DNA from: Terriglobia bacterium
Lineage (GTDB): Bacteria; Acidobacteriota; Terriglobia; 20CM-2-55-15
Length of the DNA: 64,000 bases
Reading direction: 5' to 3'
NCBI GenBank assembly: GCA_963664115.2
Contig: CAXWPJ010000007.1
Coordinates: forward strand, 32,001-96,000
The notes beneath the pieces are model-generated. The model was not told the DNA's origin. It saw only the letters and a list, made by a program, of their open reading frames with translations, and ran no database searches. The stretch's first letter is position 1. Every line of letters starts with the position of its first letter. The position numbers and the translations under genes were made by a program. Shown here piece by piece: positions 1 to 9,911 of this stretch.

Positions 1-31
1 GCAGGGCATACAGGAGGAGGTACAGGCGGCA

Positions 32-2752
32 ATGACGGACGGAAACGGGCATGTAACCACCGACAAGGGGCTTAAGTTCGAACGTCATTTTTCCAGCGAC
101 GCAGTCTCGCCCTACGACGCAGTGGAATGGGAGCACCGCACGGCTTCGATCTCAAGCGATACCGGCGGCGTCGTCTTTGAACAGCGTGATGTCGAGGTTC
201 CGAAAGACTGGTCGCAGACGGCAACCAACATTGTCGCATCCAAGTACTTTCACGGTCTCCAGGGCACCCCGGAACGTGAGACCAGTGTCAGGCAACTCAT
301 CTCCCGCGTGACGCAAACGATGAAGAAGTGGGGTGCCACCGATGGTTATTTCTCATCCGAAACCGACGCTGATATCTTTCACGACGAGCTTTCCCACCTG
401 CTGCTGAATCAGATGGTCGCCTTTAATTCCCCGGTGTGGTTCAACTGCGGCGTGGAAGCAAAACCCCAGTGCTCCGCGTGCTTTATTAATTCAGTGGAAG
501 ACACCATGGGCTCGATTCTGAATCTGGCCAAGACCGAAGCGATGTTGTTCAAGTGGGGATCGGGGGCCGGGAGCAACCTGTCACCGATCCGTTCCTCGAT
601 CGAAACGCTTTCAGGCGGAGGCATCGCTTCCGGGCCAGTCTCATTCATGAAGGGCTTTGATGCCTTTGCCGGAGTCATCAAATCAGGTGGAAAGACCCGC
701 AGGGCAGCCAAGATGGTGATCCTGGACATGGATCATCCGGATATCGTCGAGTTCATCAACAGCAAAGCAAACGAAGAAAAGAAGGCATGGGTCTTACTCG
801 ATCAGGGTTACAGCGGTGGCATTGATGGGGAGGCCTACTCTTCTATCTTCTTTCAGAATGCGAACCACAGTGTCCGTGTGACCGATAAATTCATGGAAGC
901 GGTCGTCAACGACGGCAAGTGGACGACGCATGCCGTGACGACGGGTGAGCCCGTGAATACCTACCAGGCGCGCGAGCTGATGGCGATGATTTCGGATTCC
1001 TCCCACATCTGCGGTGATCCGGGCATGCAGTACGACACAACGATCAATCGTTGGCACACATGCAAGAACACTGCACCGATCAAAGCGTCGAACCCATGTT
1101 CCGAATACATGTTTCTTGACGATTCGGCCTGCAACCTGGCTTCGCTGAACCTCATGAAGTTTCGGCTCCCCGACGGCGGCTTTGACATTAAATCTTTCCG
1201 GTGGGCCGTCGCTGTAACGATTACGGCGCAGGAAATCATCGTTTCTAACGCCGGCTATCCCACGGACCGAATCGAGAAAAACTCTCACGACTTCAGGCCT
1301 CTCGGTCTGGGCTACGCCAACCTGGGAGCACTGCTGATGTCTCTGGGTATCCCCTACGACAGCGACCAGGGCCGCGACTACGCCGGGACAATTACGGCAA
1401 TCATGACGGGCCAGGCCTATCTGACTTCAGCCAAGATCGCGGATGATGCCGGGCCGTTTGCGGGATATAAGGCCAACGCAGAGCCTTTTCTTGAAGTGAT
1501 GCGGATGCACCGGGATTCGGTGAAGGGAATTGATCGCAATAATGTTCCCAGCGCAATGTACGAGTCGGCGTGGAAAGTCTGGTGCGATGCCGTCGATCAT
1601 GGAGAGCGTACGGGATATCGAAATGCCCAGGCGTCTGTACTGGCGCCGACCGGCACGATCGGGTTCATGATGGACTGCGATACCACGGGAGTAGAACCGG
1701 ACCTCGCCCTGGTCAAGTACAAAAAGCTTGTCGGTGGCGGGACGATCAAAATCGTCAACAACACCATACCCCTTGCATTGGAACGGTTGGGCTACGACGA
1801 TCCCGACGTCAAAAAGATCGTCGATTACATCAATGAGAACGGAACGATCGAAGGGGCTCCGCAATTTCTTGACGCACATCTTCCGGTGTTCGATTGCGCG
1901 TTTAAGCCGACCAACGGTGAACGCTCGATCCACTACATGGGCCACCTGCGGATGATGGGCGCGGTCCAGCCCTTTATTTCCGGAGCGATCTCAAAGACGG
2001 TCAACTTGCCCTCATCCGTGACGGCAGAAGAAATTTCCGAAACCTACACGGAAGGATGGCGGCTTGGCTTGAAGTCGGTGGCGATATACCGTGACGCTTC
2101 AAAGCGCACGCAGCCCCTCTCGACCACCGATAGCGATACGCGTGAACGTGGCGCGGGCGATCGGCCCGTGCGCCGCCATCTTGCCGCCGAGCGTCACGCG
2201 ATCACACACAAGTTCGACATCGCGGGTCATGAAGGCTACATCACCGTAGGCATGTATGAGGACGGGGCGCCGGGCGAGATCTTCATCGTGATGGCCAAGG
2301 AAGGGTCGACATTGTCGGGGGTGATGGACAGCTTTGCGACTTCCTGCTCGATGGCGCTGCAATACGGCGTGCCACTGCAGGTGCTTGTGGACAAGTTCAC
2401 CCATACACGATTCGAACCCTCCGGTTTCACGTCCAACCCCCAGGTGCCCTATGCCAAATCGATCATGGACTATATTTTCCGCTATCTGGCATCCCGTTTT
2501 CTGACGACAGAGGAAGCCGCTGCGGTGGGTGTTCAGATCGAAGAATCGCCCGGCGTGAAATTGGGGCCGTCACCGCTATCAGGCCCGGCGCCCCAAAGCA
2601 AAGCCCAGCAACCGGGACCGGCCCGGGCTGGCGCGCTCGTAGACATCGAAGATCAGGACGCGCCGGTGTGTTTTGACTGTGGTTCGCTGATGGTCCGCAG
2701 CGGCGCCTGCTACAAGTGCCTCAATTGTGGCTCGACGAGTGGCTGTTCGTAG
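32..2752 (+). CDS. nrdJ: Adenosylcobalamin-dependent (class II) ribonucleotide reductase with C-terminal TSCPD-like domain and Zn ribbon
   Basis: NSPVWFN, QCSACFI, SNPCSEY (thiyl-radical Cys), APTGTI, GAISKTVN motifs; C-terminal CxxC...CxxCxxCG; SD GGAGG upstream. Confidence 0.95.
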   Translation: MTDGNGHVTTDKGLKFERHFSSDAVSPYDAVEWEHRTASISSDTGGVVFEQRDVEVPKDWSQTATNIVASKYFHGLQGTPERETSVRQLISRVTQTMKKWGATDGYFSSETDADIFHDELSHLLLNQMVAFNSPVWFNCGVEAKPQCSACFINSVEDTMGSILNLAKTEAMLFKWGSGAGSNLSPIRSSIETLSGGGIASGPVSFMKGFDAFAGVIKSGGKTRRAAKMVILDMDHPDIVEFINSKANEEKKAWVLLDQGYSGGIDGEAYSSIFFQNANHSVRVTDKFMEAVVNDGKWTTHAVTTGEPVNTYQARELMAMISDSSHICGDPGMQYDTTINRWHTCKNTAPIKASNPCSEYMFLDDSACNLASLNLMKFRLPDGGFDIKSFRWAVAVTITAQEIIVSNAGYPTDRIEKNSHDFRPLGLGYANLGALLMSLGIPYDSDQGRDYAGTITAIMTGQAYLTSAKIADDAGPFAGYKANAEPFLEVMRMHRDSVKGIDRNNVPSAMYESAWKVWCDAVDHGERTGYRNAQASVLAPTGTIGFMMDCDTTGVEPDLALVKYKKLVGGGTIKIVNNTIPLALERLGYDDPDVKKIVDYINENGTIEGAPQFLDAHLPVFDCAFKPTNGERSIHYMGHLRMMGAVQPFISGAISKTVNLPSSVTAEEISETYTEGWRLGLKSVAIYRDASKRTQPLSTTDSDTRERGAGDRPVRRHLAAERHAITHKFDIAGHEGYITVGMYEDGAPGEIFIVMAKEGSTLSGVMDSFATSCSMALQYGVPLQVLVDKFTHTRFEPSGFTSNPQVPYAKSIMDYIFRYLASRFLTTEEAAAVGVQIEESPGVKLGPSPLSGPAPQSKAQQPGPARAGALVDIEDQDAPVCFDCGSLMVRSGACYKCLNCGSTSGCS

Positions 2753-2812
2753 TGTGCTGAGTTCGAAAGTTCAACCGACTATTCATTGCTCGGACTGGTT
2801 TGGAGGCTAGCC

Positions 2813-3445
2813 TTGAGTTCAGACAGCTCACACATTCGAAGAGTTTTGGAATTGGCAAGGTCGGAAATCAACCAACAGCGCCCCGACGCTGCCCACGGGC
2901 ATCTAAAAACCGTCCACCACGAAATCGAAGAACAAGACGACCAGCAACTGGCAGCTGAGTACCAACTCCTCGTAGCCGAAACGTTTAAAGCGAAACAGGA
3001 CCCGGCCGCCGAGCAGTTTTTTCAGGAAGCCATTCGGTTACTTGAGCAGATTGAACCTTCGCCCACAGACCTGCTGCTGCGAGCTTTGGAACACTATGGC
3101 GACGACCTCTGCAGTCGACGCATTCCTTCCAAGGCACGCGAGCCGTATTCGAAGGCCCGACGGATTGCCACCGAGTTTCATTTCGAAGAGGATAACGCCC
3201 GGCTGCACCTGAAACTAATCCGAATCGATCTAGAAACCCATAGCAATCTCGAGCTTGAGAATTTCAAGACGATGAAGTGCGTAGTCGAGAGGTCCGGATT
3301 TACCTCCATTCAGCAGTTGCTCGTATGGATGATGCACAGCGATCAAGTTAAGGAATCCAGTTGGGGCCTGCGCGCCGCTCGCGGGAAGAGTTCGGCAAAC
3401 GAGCTCTACTTCCAAGATCTCTTTCAGAAGATGTCCGAACGGTAA
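2813..3445 (+). CDS. Hypothetical alpha-helical (TPR-like) protein
   Basis: ORF track 2786..3445; TTG at 2813 preceded by GGAGG; helical repeats such as AEQFFQEAIRLLE and AREPYSKARRIA. Confidence 0.6.
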   Translation: MSSDSSHIRRVLELARSEINQQRPDAAHGHLKTVHHEIEEQDDQQLAAEYQLLVAETFKAKQDPAAEQFFQEAIRLLEQIEPSPTDLLLRALEHYGDDLCSRRIPSKAREPYSKARRIATEFHFEEDNARLHLKLIRIDLETHSNLELENFKTMKCVVERSGFTSIQQLLVWMMHSDQVKESSWGLRAARGKSSANELYFQDLFQKMSER

Positions 3446-3450
3446 GTTCG

Positions 3451-4236
3451 ATGAGACAAGACAGAACTAACCGCTACGTTCGGTCCATCCTGAAACGTAC
3501 AGGCGAAGCGAACCTGAGTAAGGCTGTTGAGAAGACCGTTGACCAATACAGAGCTGCTGGAGAATCTCTAGAACAAGCCGCTTACCGCTTAGGCATCGCA
3601 CGTATTACTTCGAAGCCGATGCCCTTCGATGGTGGTATATACGAATCAGGAAATGAGTTGGAAATCAGGCTAAACTCGCTTAGTCCTCTGAAGCGACGAC
3701 GATTCACACTCGCTCACGAAATCGGACATTTGATTCTCGAAGAGCACGTCAGAAACACGCGTAACTGCACAGATGACTCGGGTCTGGAGAGAACGTGCGA
3801 CCTGATGGCCGCTGAGCTATTGATGCCGGCAGGCGAGGTAAGACGCTACGCAGGAAGTCTCGAAGGGCAGACGCCAGCTAACTTGCAGGCAATCGCCACT
3901 CACTTTGAAGTTTCCTTGCATGCCACCGCCCTTCGACTTCACAAGGACCTGCAGATTTGGAAGAAGTCGATCGGGATGTGGGAGCGTAAGCGGGAGGCCC
4001 GCGAGCTTTGGTTTGTGGGCCACCGCCCATGGACCAGTTCTCGACAGGACTTTCATGCATTCGTTCGCGCCCAGCGCTCTGAGTCGAGCGTTACGGCTCG
4101 AGAGTTTTGCTGGAAAGGCGCTGGACTTCAGGCCGTGTCGCTTGAGCTAATGAATCTTGGCAATTATCGTTTGTTGGGAACAGTTTCGGAAGGCATTTCG
4201 CCCAAGCTCGCCGCGCCTGAACCGGCATCCATGTAA
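3451..4236 (+). CDS. ImmA/IrrE family Zn metallopeptidase (no fused HTH)
   Basis: RRRFTLAHEIGH (HExxH) and downstream ERTCDLMAAELLMP; ATG 3451 is 6 nt after the upstream stop. Confidence 0.85.
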   Translation: MRQDRTNRYVRSILKRTGEANLSKAVEKTVDQYRAAGESLEQAAYRLGIARITSKPMPFDGGIYESGNELEIRLNSLSPLKRRRFTLAHEIGHLILEEHVRNTRNCTDDSGLERTCDLMAAELLMPAGEVRRYAGSLEGQTPANLQAIATHFEVSLHATALRLHKDLQIWKKSIGMWERKREARELWFVGHRPWTSSRQDFHAFVRAQRSESSVTAREFCWKGAGLQAVSLELMNLGNYRLLGTVSEGISPKLAAPEPASM

Positions 4237-4351
4237 CGGTAAATGAAACTTTCTCCACGCTCCTGAATTGAATACGGGTGACGCTGCTGTTGCGTAGTCA
4301 TCACGGGAGCAGCTCGGCGATCCACAGGAACCTTTTGTAAGTGTTTTCAAC

Positions 4352-4377
4352 TCGGGCGCTCAAATCAGAGCGCCCGA
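4352..4377. terminator. 10-bp perfect hairpin, possible terminator
   Basis: TCGGGCGCTC-aaatca-GAGCGCCCGA. Confidence 0.4.
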
Positions 4378-4432
4378 TTGATCTTGCCGCCGCAATCGAA
4401 CTCACCTCAGGTAATAATCTGACCCCATTCTA

Positions 4433-4672
4433 GTGATGAAGTTCGGTGGCTCGTCAGTCGGGTCCATCGAGAGTAATCGGACCGCGGCATCGGCGGTTTC
4501 CGATTCGCTGAATGCGGAACCGGTCATGTTCCGATCCGCCATGGGCGGTGTTACTGACTGCTTGGTTAAAAGCGAAGACAAGGCCTATCGTGGTCAAACG
4601 GGAAGGTCGCGCCTGAGGTGCACCGCCTCACACACGATGGGCTTGAACTGTTTCGACAGGCGTTTATCTTAG
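4433..4672 (+). pseudogene. Aspartokinase N-terminal remnant
   Basis: MKFGGSSV and SAMGGVTD resemble the aspartokinase N-terminus, but the ORF degenerates and stops after 79 aa. Confidence 0.7.
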
Positions 4673-5730
4673 CTTGATACAGAGGGCATCTCGCCGCCCC
4701 GAAACCGGAGGCCGCGGCGGTAGCCTTCCAATTCTGCCCGTTCCACGTTTTTTCGAACCACTTTCGACAGGGCAGAACTCGGGTCTTCGATGAACGCTTT
4801 GACTTCGCTTAACTGCACGTCGACACGCGCGATCTCCGCGTCGATATCGGTGCCGGACTCTCCGCCAGAGGCGGTCGACGTTGCGGAGGCGGGGCCGGAT
4901 TCGGCGAGCTTTTGCTCCAGCTGCTCTTTCTGGAAAGTCAGTTCCTTCAATTTCCATTCGTATTCTGCCGTCAACTTCTCTCTCAGATCGGCTTCGAGAT
5001 CCGCCACGCCCGCAGTATGTTTCGTTTCTTCTACGAGTGCTTTCAGGGCAGCGCGCTCCTCTTCCCACGCCAGTCCGGACGCGGCCAGTTCTTCTTCGAG
5101 TCGGCCTCGGGCATCCTCGGTTTCAGCCACTCGAGTCAGTAGCTCTTCGCGGATCGCGTCGAGTTCAGCCCGGTCGATCCTGGATTCCTGATCGGCAAGC
5201 GCTTCTTTCATGCCCTCGAGACTGTGCTGGAGTCGTTCACGCTCCGCCGAAGCTTCCTGAACCCGCAGTTTGGCCTGGGCTTCGACTTTCTGAACCCGCG
5301 CTGTTACTTCGGCTTCCTGGACATCAGCGGCCCGACTTTCCGTTCGGGCCTTCCGGAGTGCCACCTCCAGATCCTCGATTTCTTCGTTGAGCCTTCGGCG
5401 TTCCTGCCGCCATTTCTCCGAAGATTCTTCGAGTTCCTGCTCAGCCTCGCCCAGCTTGGCCGCGTATTCCGAACCGAGGTCGCCTGAGCCGCTGCCCGGC
5501 GACACTTCCTTCGCCTCAATCAGCGCAGCCTCAAGCTTCTGTATCTGTATCTGAAGCTCATTGCGTTCGGCTTGCCAATCAGTGCTGGAATCGATTTCTT
5601 TCATTCCTTGTCCGGTCTGGCTCCGCGTGACCGCTTCCACACCCCCCGGGCGGGACTTCAACATATTTAGTAGGGAACCGCCCATCCAGGGCGCCTCGCT
5701 GTCCTTCCGCTGCCGGGAGCGATCAATCAT
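4669..5730 (-). CDS. Long coiled-coil protein of unknown function
   Basis: 353-aa Glu/Ala/Leu/Arg-rich ORF with heptad character. Confidence 0.75.
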   Translation of the reverse strand: MIDRSRQRKDSEAPWMGGSLLNMLKSRPGGVEAVTRSQTGQGMKEIDSSTDWQAERNELQIQIQKLEAALIEAKEVSPGSGSGDLGSEYAAKLGEAEQELEESSEKWRQERRRLNEEIEDLEVALRKARTESRAADVQEAEVTARVQKVEAQAKLRVQEASAERERLQHSLEGMKEALADQESRIDRAELDAIREELLTRVAETEDARGRLEEELAASGLAWEEERAALKALVEETKHTAGVADLEADLREKLTAEYEWKLKELTFQKEQLEQKLAESGPASATSTASGGESGTDIDAEIARVDVQLSEVKAFIEDPSSALSKVVRKNVERAELEGYRRGLRFRGGEMPSVSS

Positions 5731-5855
5731 AACTCAGTTGCTAATTTCGGAAAGGAACATATGCGGGCTGGAACCTTAGAGGTCAGGGTTGGAGGACAAA
5801 ATCCGAAATCCGAATCCTCTTCCGGACCGCCGGCCTGATCCCGTCTAAAGACCAA

Positions 5856-5916
5856 TAATCGTATATATGATTAAAAACTAACTGTATTAAACCATATTAA
5901 ATAGTATTATATCGCT
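5856..5916 (+). promoter_or_regulatory. AT-rich promoter/operator of the mod operon
   Basis: Near-perfect palindrome TAATCGTATATATGATTA (5856-5873); TATTAT -10 at 5905-5910, 6 nt before ATG; no SD. Confidence 0.55.
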
Positions 5917-6321
5917 ATGGAATTACTGCGTCCCTCGGAAGCCGCAAAAGAACTGGGTGTGAGCTATCCCACGCTGAAGCAATGGATCTATCGGGGCCGA
6001 CTCCAGTCGGTGACAACGCCGGGAGGTCATCACCGCATACCCCGCGCAGAGATCGATCGCATTTCCCGTGAAGGGGCCCGCGGGCCATCCCAAAAAAGAA
6101 AACGCGGGGACGGGGCCAGAATCAGTGGACGCAACAAATTACGCGGTCGTGTCGTGGACGTGCGGCACGAGGGGCTCTTGTCACAAATTCAGATCGATGT
6201 GGGCGGGCAGATCGTGACGTCCATAATTACTCGGGCCGGCGCTGATGAGATGCGGCTTCGTGTGGGCGTTGAGGCGTCGGCACTGATCAAAGCCACCGAG
6301 GTCATGATAATCCGTGGTTGA
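5917..6321 (+). CDS. Molybdate-responsive regulator, excisionase/MerR-like HTH plus TOBE domain
   Basis: SEAAKELGVSYPTLKQW...TPGGHHRI HTH; ISGRNKLRG...ALIKATEV TOBE/Mop; heads modABC. Confidence 0.88.
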   Translation: MELLRPSEAAKELGVSYPTLKQWIYRGRLQSVTTPGGHHRIPRAEIDRISREGARGPSQKRKRGDGARISGRNKLRGRVVDVRHEGLLSQIQIDVGGQIVTSIITRAGADEMRLRVGVEASALIKATEVMIIRG

Positions 6322-7120
6322 ACCCCCACCCTTAATGCGGTCCACAAAGAAGCGCATGGCCACGTTGCTGCTGTGTCTCAGCTTGTGGAGCCCGCCACGG
6401 GCGGGCGCCGAGGATATTGTGGTCGCTGCCGCGTCCGACCTGAGCTTTGCCATACGCGATATCATCGAGGATTTCGAGGCCAGCACGCCACACACAGTGC
6501 GGCTTTCCCTGGGTTCCTCGGGCAATTTCTTTACACAGATCCAGAACGGGGCACCCTTCGATGTCTATTTGTCCGCCGATATTAATTACCCGGAGCAACT
6601 GGCAGCATCCGGTCTGACCGAAGCGGGGTCGTTATTTGCTTATGCCTTCGGCCGGATCGTGGTCTGGGCACGGAACGGGTCTTCTACCGACCCGACGTCG
6701 CTTGGGATGACGGCAATCGCTGAAGACATGGGGAAACTGTCTATTGCGAATCCCAGACACGCGCCTTACGGGCGGGCTGCGCAGTCCGCGCTGGAGTATT
6801 ACCAGCTCTGGGAGAGTGTTTCCGGGCGCCTGGTCCTGGCAGAAAATGTCGCGCAGGCGGCCCAGTTTGCGGAGTCGGGCGCGGCGTCGATCGCAATCAT
6901 CGCTCTTTCTCTGGCGTCCTCTGACCCCTTGCGCCGGGCGGGACGCTTCTGGGAGATCCCCAGCCAGGCCCATCCCCAGTTGGCCCAAGGAGGCGTCATC
7001 CTCCCTCATGCCCGGAGCACGGGCAGGCTGGGTGCGGCGCTGACCTTCACATCCTGGATGCAAAGCGAGAGTGCCCGGATCGTCCTCGAACGCTATGGTT
7101 TTTCGCTGCCATCGGATTGA
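6314..7120 (+). CDS. modA: Molybdate ABC transporter substrate-binding protein
   Basis: Signal peptide; AAASDL, GSSG, GAPFDVYLSAD, IANPRHAPYG, ENV motifs. Confidence 0.93.
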   Translation: MVEPPPLMRSTKKRMATLLLCLSLWSPPRAGAEDIVVAAASDLSFAIRDIIEDFEASTPHTVRLSLGSSGNFFTQIQNGAPFDVYLSADINYPEQLAASGLTEAGSLFAYAFGRIVVWARNGSSTDPTSLGMTAIAEDMGKLSIANPRHAPYGRAAQSALEYYQLWESVSGRLVLAENVAQAAQFAESGAASIAIIALSLASSDPLRRAGRFWEIPSQAHPQLAQGGVILPHARSTGRLGAALTFTSWMQSESARIVLERYGFSLPSD

Positions 7121-7126
7121 AAAATC

Positions 7127-7792
7127 ATGAACACCACAGCACTGGCGACGAGTCTGCAACTGGCGGGGGCCACGTCCATCATTCTGCTGTTTGTCGGTTT
7201 GCCCACCGCGTACTGGTTGGCCTATTCGAGACGGCGGTGGAAGTTTCTCATCGAAGCTCTCGTCGCACTCCCGATCGTCCTGCCGCCGACCGTGTTGGGG
7301 TTCTATATTCTCGTCGCCATGGGGCCGAGAAGTCCGGCGGGCCAATGGTACGAACGGTTCGCAGGACAGCCGTTTCCGTTCACGTTTGAAGGCCTGGTCC
7401 TGGCTTCGACTCTGTTCAGCTTTCCCTTCGCAGTGCAACCGATGGCTGCCGCGTTTGCCGCGGTGGACCGGCGCTTGCTCGAAGCCTCGTGGCTGCTGGG
7501 TGTCTCCCGATTCGGAACGTTCCGCCGAGTCATCGTGCCGCAGTCTATCGGAGGCCTGGTCACGGGTTTTGTTCTCAGTTTCGCGCACACCATCGGAGAA
7601 TTCGGCGTGGTTCTGATGGTGGGCGGCAACATTGAAGGCGTCACTCGCACTGTTTCGATTGATATCTACGACGAAGTGCAGGCCTTTAATTATTCCGCGG
7701 CAAACCAAACCGCCCTCGTGCTGCTGGTCTTTTCCTTTGCGGTCCTTGCATCCGTCTACGCGATCAACCGGAAGATCTGGGGCCTCTGGTAG
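7127..7792 (+). CDS. modB: Molybdate ABC transporter permease
   Basis: LPIVLPPTVLG, EAA-like loop, FAHTIGEFGVVLMVGGNI. Confidence 0.95.
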   Translation: MNTTALATSLQLAGATSIILLFVGLPTAYWLAYSRRRWKFLIEALVALPIVLPPTVLGFYILVAMGPRSPAGQWYERFAGQPFPFTFEGLVLASTLFSFPFAVQPMAAAFAAVDRRLLEASWLLGVSRFGTFRRVIVPQSIGGLVTGFVLSFAHTIGEFGVVLMVGGNIEGVTRTVSIDIYDEVQAFNYSAANQTALVLLVFSFAVLASVYAINRKIWGLW

Positions 7793-7875
7793 GAGGAGGG
7801 ACGGACACTTCATGCGACTTGGTGACCTGGCGATTGTATTTCTCCTGAAGTGTCCGTCCCCTTGAGTAGAAACGT

Positions 7876-9018
7876 ATGAACACTCAAAACGTGCGGGACG
7901 TAGAGGGGACGGTGGGTCCGACGCCAACTGTCGCCCCGACGCTAAACGTCAACATCGAAAAACGCTATTCGGACGGCACAACGATTGCTGCGGATTTCGA
8001 TCTCCCATCGAACCCACCTCAGGTGTCCATCGTCTTCGGACCCTCCGGTGCAGGCAAGACAACGCTGCTACGGTGTATTGCCGGTCTGGAAAGGCCGACC
8101 CGGGGCCGTATTCGATACGGAGAGGAAATCTGGAGCCAGCACGGTACGCGGCACTGGGTGCGGCCTCAGAAGCGGCCCATTGGCTATCTGTTTCAAGACT
8201 TCGCCCTGTTTCCCCACCTCACGGTGGAGCGCAACATCGCCTTTGGCTTGGGTGCTTTTTCTCGTTCTGAGTGCCACCAGAAGGTCGAGGCAATCAGCTC
8301 CCGGCTGGGACTTGAAGGCCTCCGAGGGCGCCGGCCCGGAGAACTCTCCGGTGGTGAGCAGCAACGTGTTGCCCTGGCCCGGGTGCTAGTACGCGAACCC
8401 AGAATTCTCTTGCTTGACGAGCCTTTTGCGGCATTGGACGAAAGAACGCGAGAGAGTGTCCGGTCCTACCTCCGAAACTTTCTCTCCCAGCTGGAAATCC
8501 CCGCCCTCGTCGTGACCCACGACTGGATCGACGCCCTGGCGCTCGGGGATGAAATGATGGTTCTCAGTCGCGGGAGACTCCTCCAGAAAGGATCGCCCCA
8601 GGAGGTGTTCACGCGACCGGCACGGCGGGAAGTGGCTGCCGCAGTGGGGGTTGACACCGTTGCCCCGGGCCGGATGCTCGATCGGGCCGATGGCGTGGTG
8701 CGGCTGCGTGTCGGTCGAGGGGAACTGCTGGCGGTGGACCCGGGCGGCGAGGATAATTCTTTCTGGGTCTGCATTCGCGGAGAGGATGTCACGATCGAGC
8801 AAGGCCCACCGCCCCGAAGCAGCGCACGGAACCATCTTTCCGGAAAGGTGAGTGCGGTTTTCCCACAGGGAACACTCACGAAGGTGGTGCTGGACGTGGG
8901 ATTCGAGCTGGTCGCTCTCGTAACCCGTCAGGCGGCCCGAGACCTCAATCTGGCGCCGGGTGTCGGGATATCGGCCGTATTCAAAGCCTCGATCGTCCAT
9001 CTCATCCCCACTAAATGA
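7876..9018 (+). CDS. modC: Molybdate ABC transporter ATPase with TOBE domains
   Basis: GPSGAGKT, LSGGEQQR, LLLDEP, C-terminal SSARNHL TOBE. Confidence 0.93.
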   Translation: MNTQNVRDVEGTVGPTPTVAPTLNVNIEKRYSDGTTIAADFDLPSNPPQVSIVFGPSGAGKTTLLRCIAGLERPTRGRIRYGEEIWSQHGTRHWVRPQKRPIGYLFQDFALFPHLTVERNIAFGLGAFSRSECHQKVEAISSRLGLEGLRGRRPGELSGGEQQRVALARVLVREPRILLLDEPFAALDERTRESVRSYLRNFLSQLEIPALVVTHDWIDALALGDEMMVLSRGRLLQKGSPQEVFTRPARREVAAAVGVDTVAPGRMLDRADGVVRLRVGRGELLAVDPGGEDNSFWVCIRGEDVTIEQGPPPRSSARNHLSGKVSAVFPQGTLTKVVLDVGFELVALVTRQAARDLNLAPGVGISAVFKASIVHLIPTK

Positions 9019-9427
9019 CACTCGACAAGACGATCTGAAGTCCTTCGCGGTTCGTGTTCCAAGAGAGCCGTTCAGAAGCCTCCAGAGCCGGCAGCCAGGC
9101 ATAAGCCACGTGTTCATCAGACAGAATCACTGCATGGAATCGCTCGACTTCGGCTCCGACGAGGAGCTCCCTCACTTCGGCTGCATCCTTCTCGAAATGA
9201 AACTCGACTCCGGTCTCGACAAAGTGGAGAACGTCGGTGATGCCTGTTTCCTCTTCCAGTTCGCGCGCGGCCGAATGTAGGAAATTACGGTCTTCGGGCT
9301 CCATTTTTCCGGTCACAGGCTGCCAGATGTCGCCCCGGTCGGGCGGGCGCTGGAGAAGAAGGACCTGGATCTCTGGCGCTCTGCAGTAAACAATGACTTG
9401 AACCTTTCGTATGATGACATCAGCCAT
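9011..9427 (-). CDS. NUDIX hydrolase (NudB-like)
   Basis: WQPVTG...AARELEEETG Nudix box; LSDEH. Confidence 0.88.
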   Translation of the reverse strand: MADVIIRKVQVIVYCRAPEIQVLLLQRPPDRGDIWQPVTGKMEPEDRNFLHSAARELEEETGITDVLHFVETGVEFHFEKDAAEVRELLVGAEVERFHAVILSDEHVAYAWLPALEASERLSWNTNREGLQIVLSSVI

Positions 9428-9469
9428 GATTGCAGTGCATTGTAACCGTTCCGCATATGTGAGTCAGCG

Positions 9470-9907
9470 ATGTCGGCCGTGATCGAAGTCGGAGACGAAC
9501 TGCGGATTCCGGAGGATGCACTCGAATTCCGTGTGGGAACCAGCAGCGGCCCCGGGGGTCAGAACGTCAATCGCGTTCGGACTCGGGTCACCGTTTGTTT
9601 CGATGTGGCCCACGCCGCATGTCTGTCGGACCTACAGCGGCAACGCATTCTCGAACGTCTGGCGGCCCGGATTAACAAGGAGGGCATCCTCAAGGTCCGA
9701 TCCCAGAAGCACAGGACGCAACAGATGAACCGCGCTGGGGCACAGGAACGGCTGATCGAGCTTCTGGGGGCCGCGCTGCATGTGGCACGACCCCGGAAAA
9801 AGACCCGGGCGAGCCGGGCCGCTAAGGAACGCCGGCTGGAGGACAAGAAGCGGCGTTCACGGCAAAAGCGGGACCGGACCCGGCCTGCGGGGATGGATCA
9901 GGATTGA
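9470..9907 (+). CDS. arfB: Alternative ribosome-rescue peptidyl-tRNA hydrolase ArfB/YaeJ
   Basis: SSGPGGQNVN (GGQ) and basic C-terminal tail. Confidence 0.93.
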   Translation: MSAVIEVGDELRIPEDALEFRVGTSSGPGGQNVNRVRTRVTVCFDVAHAACLSDLQRQRILERLAARINKEGILKVRSQKHRTQQMNRAGAQERLIELLGAALHVARPRKKTRASRAAKERRLEDKKRRSRQKRDRTRPAGMDQD

Positions 9908-9911
9908 AGCG

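Noticed and set aside
1-31. Cobalamin riboswitch or NrdR box for nrdJ
   Set aside because: Upstream region lies outside the window and cannot be assessed
4237-4432. Lysine riboswitch upstream of the aspartokinase fragment
   Set aside because: No recognisable L-box conserved motifs; only a simple hairpin
6632-7927. 431-aa minus-strand ORF
   Set aside because: Antisense shadow of modA/modB with no motifs; the same applies to other long shadow ORFs such as 31910..32779, 40221..41150 and 53299..54123
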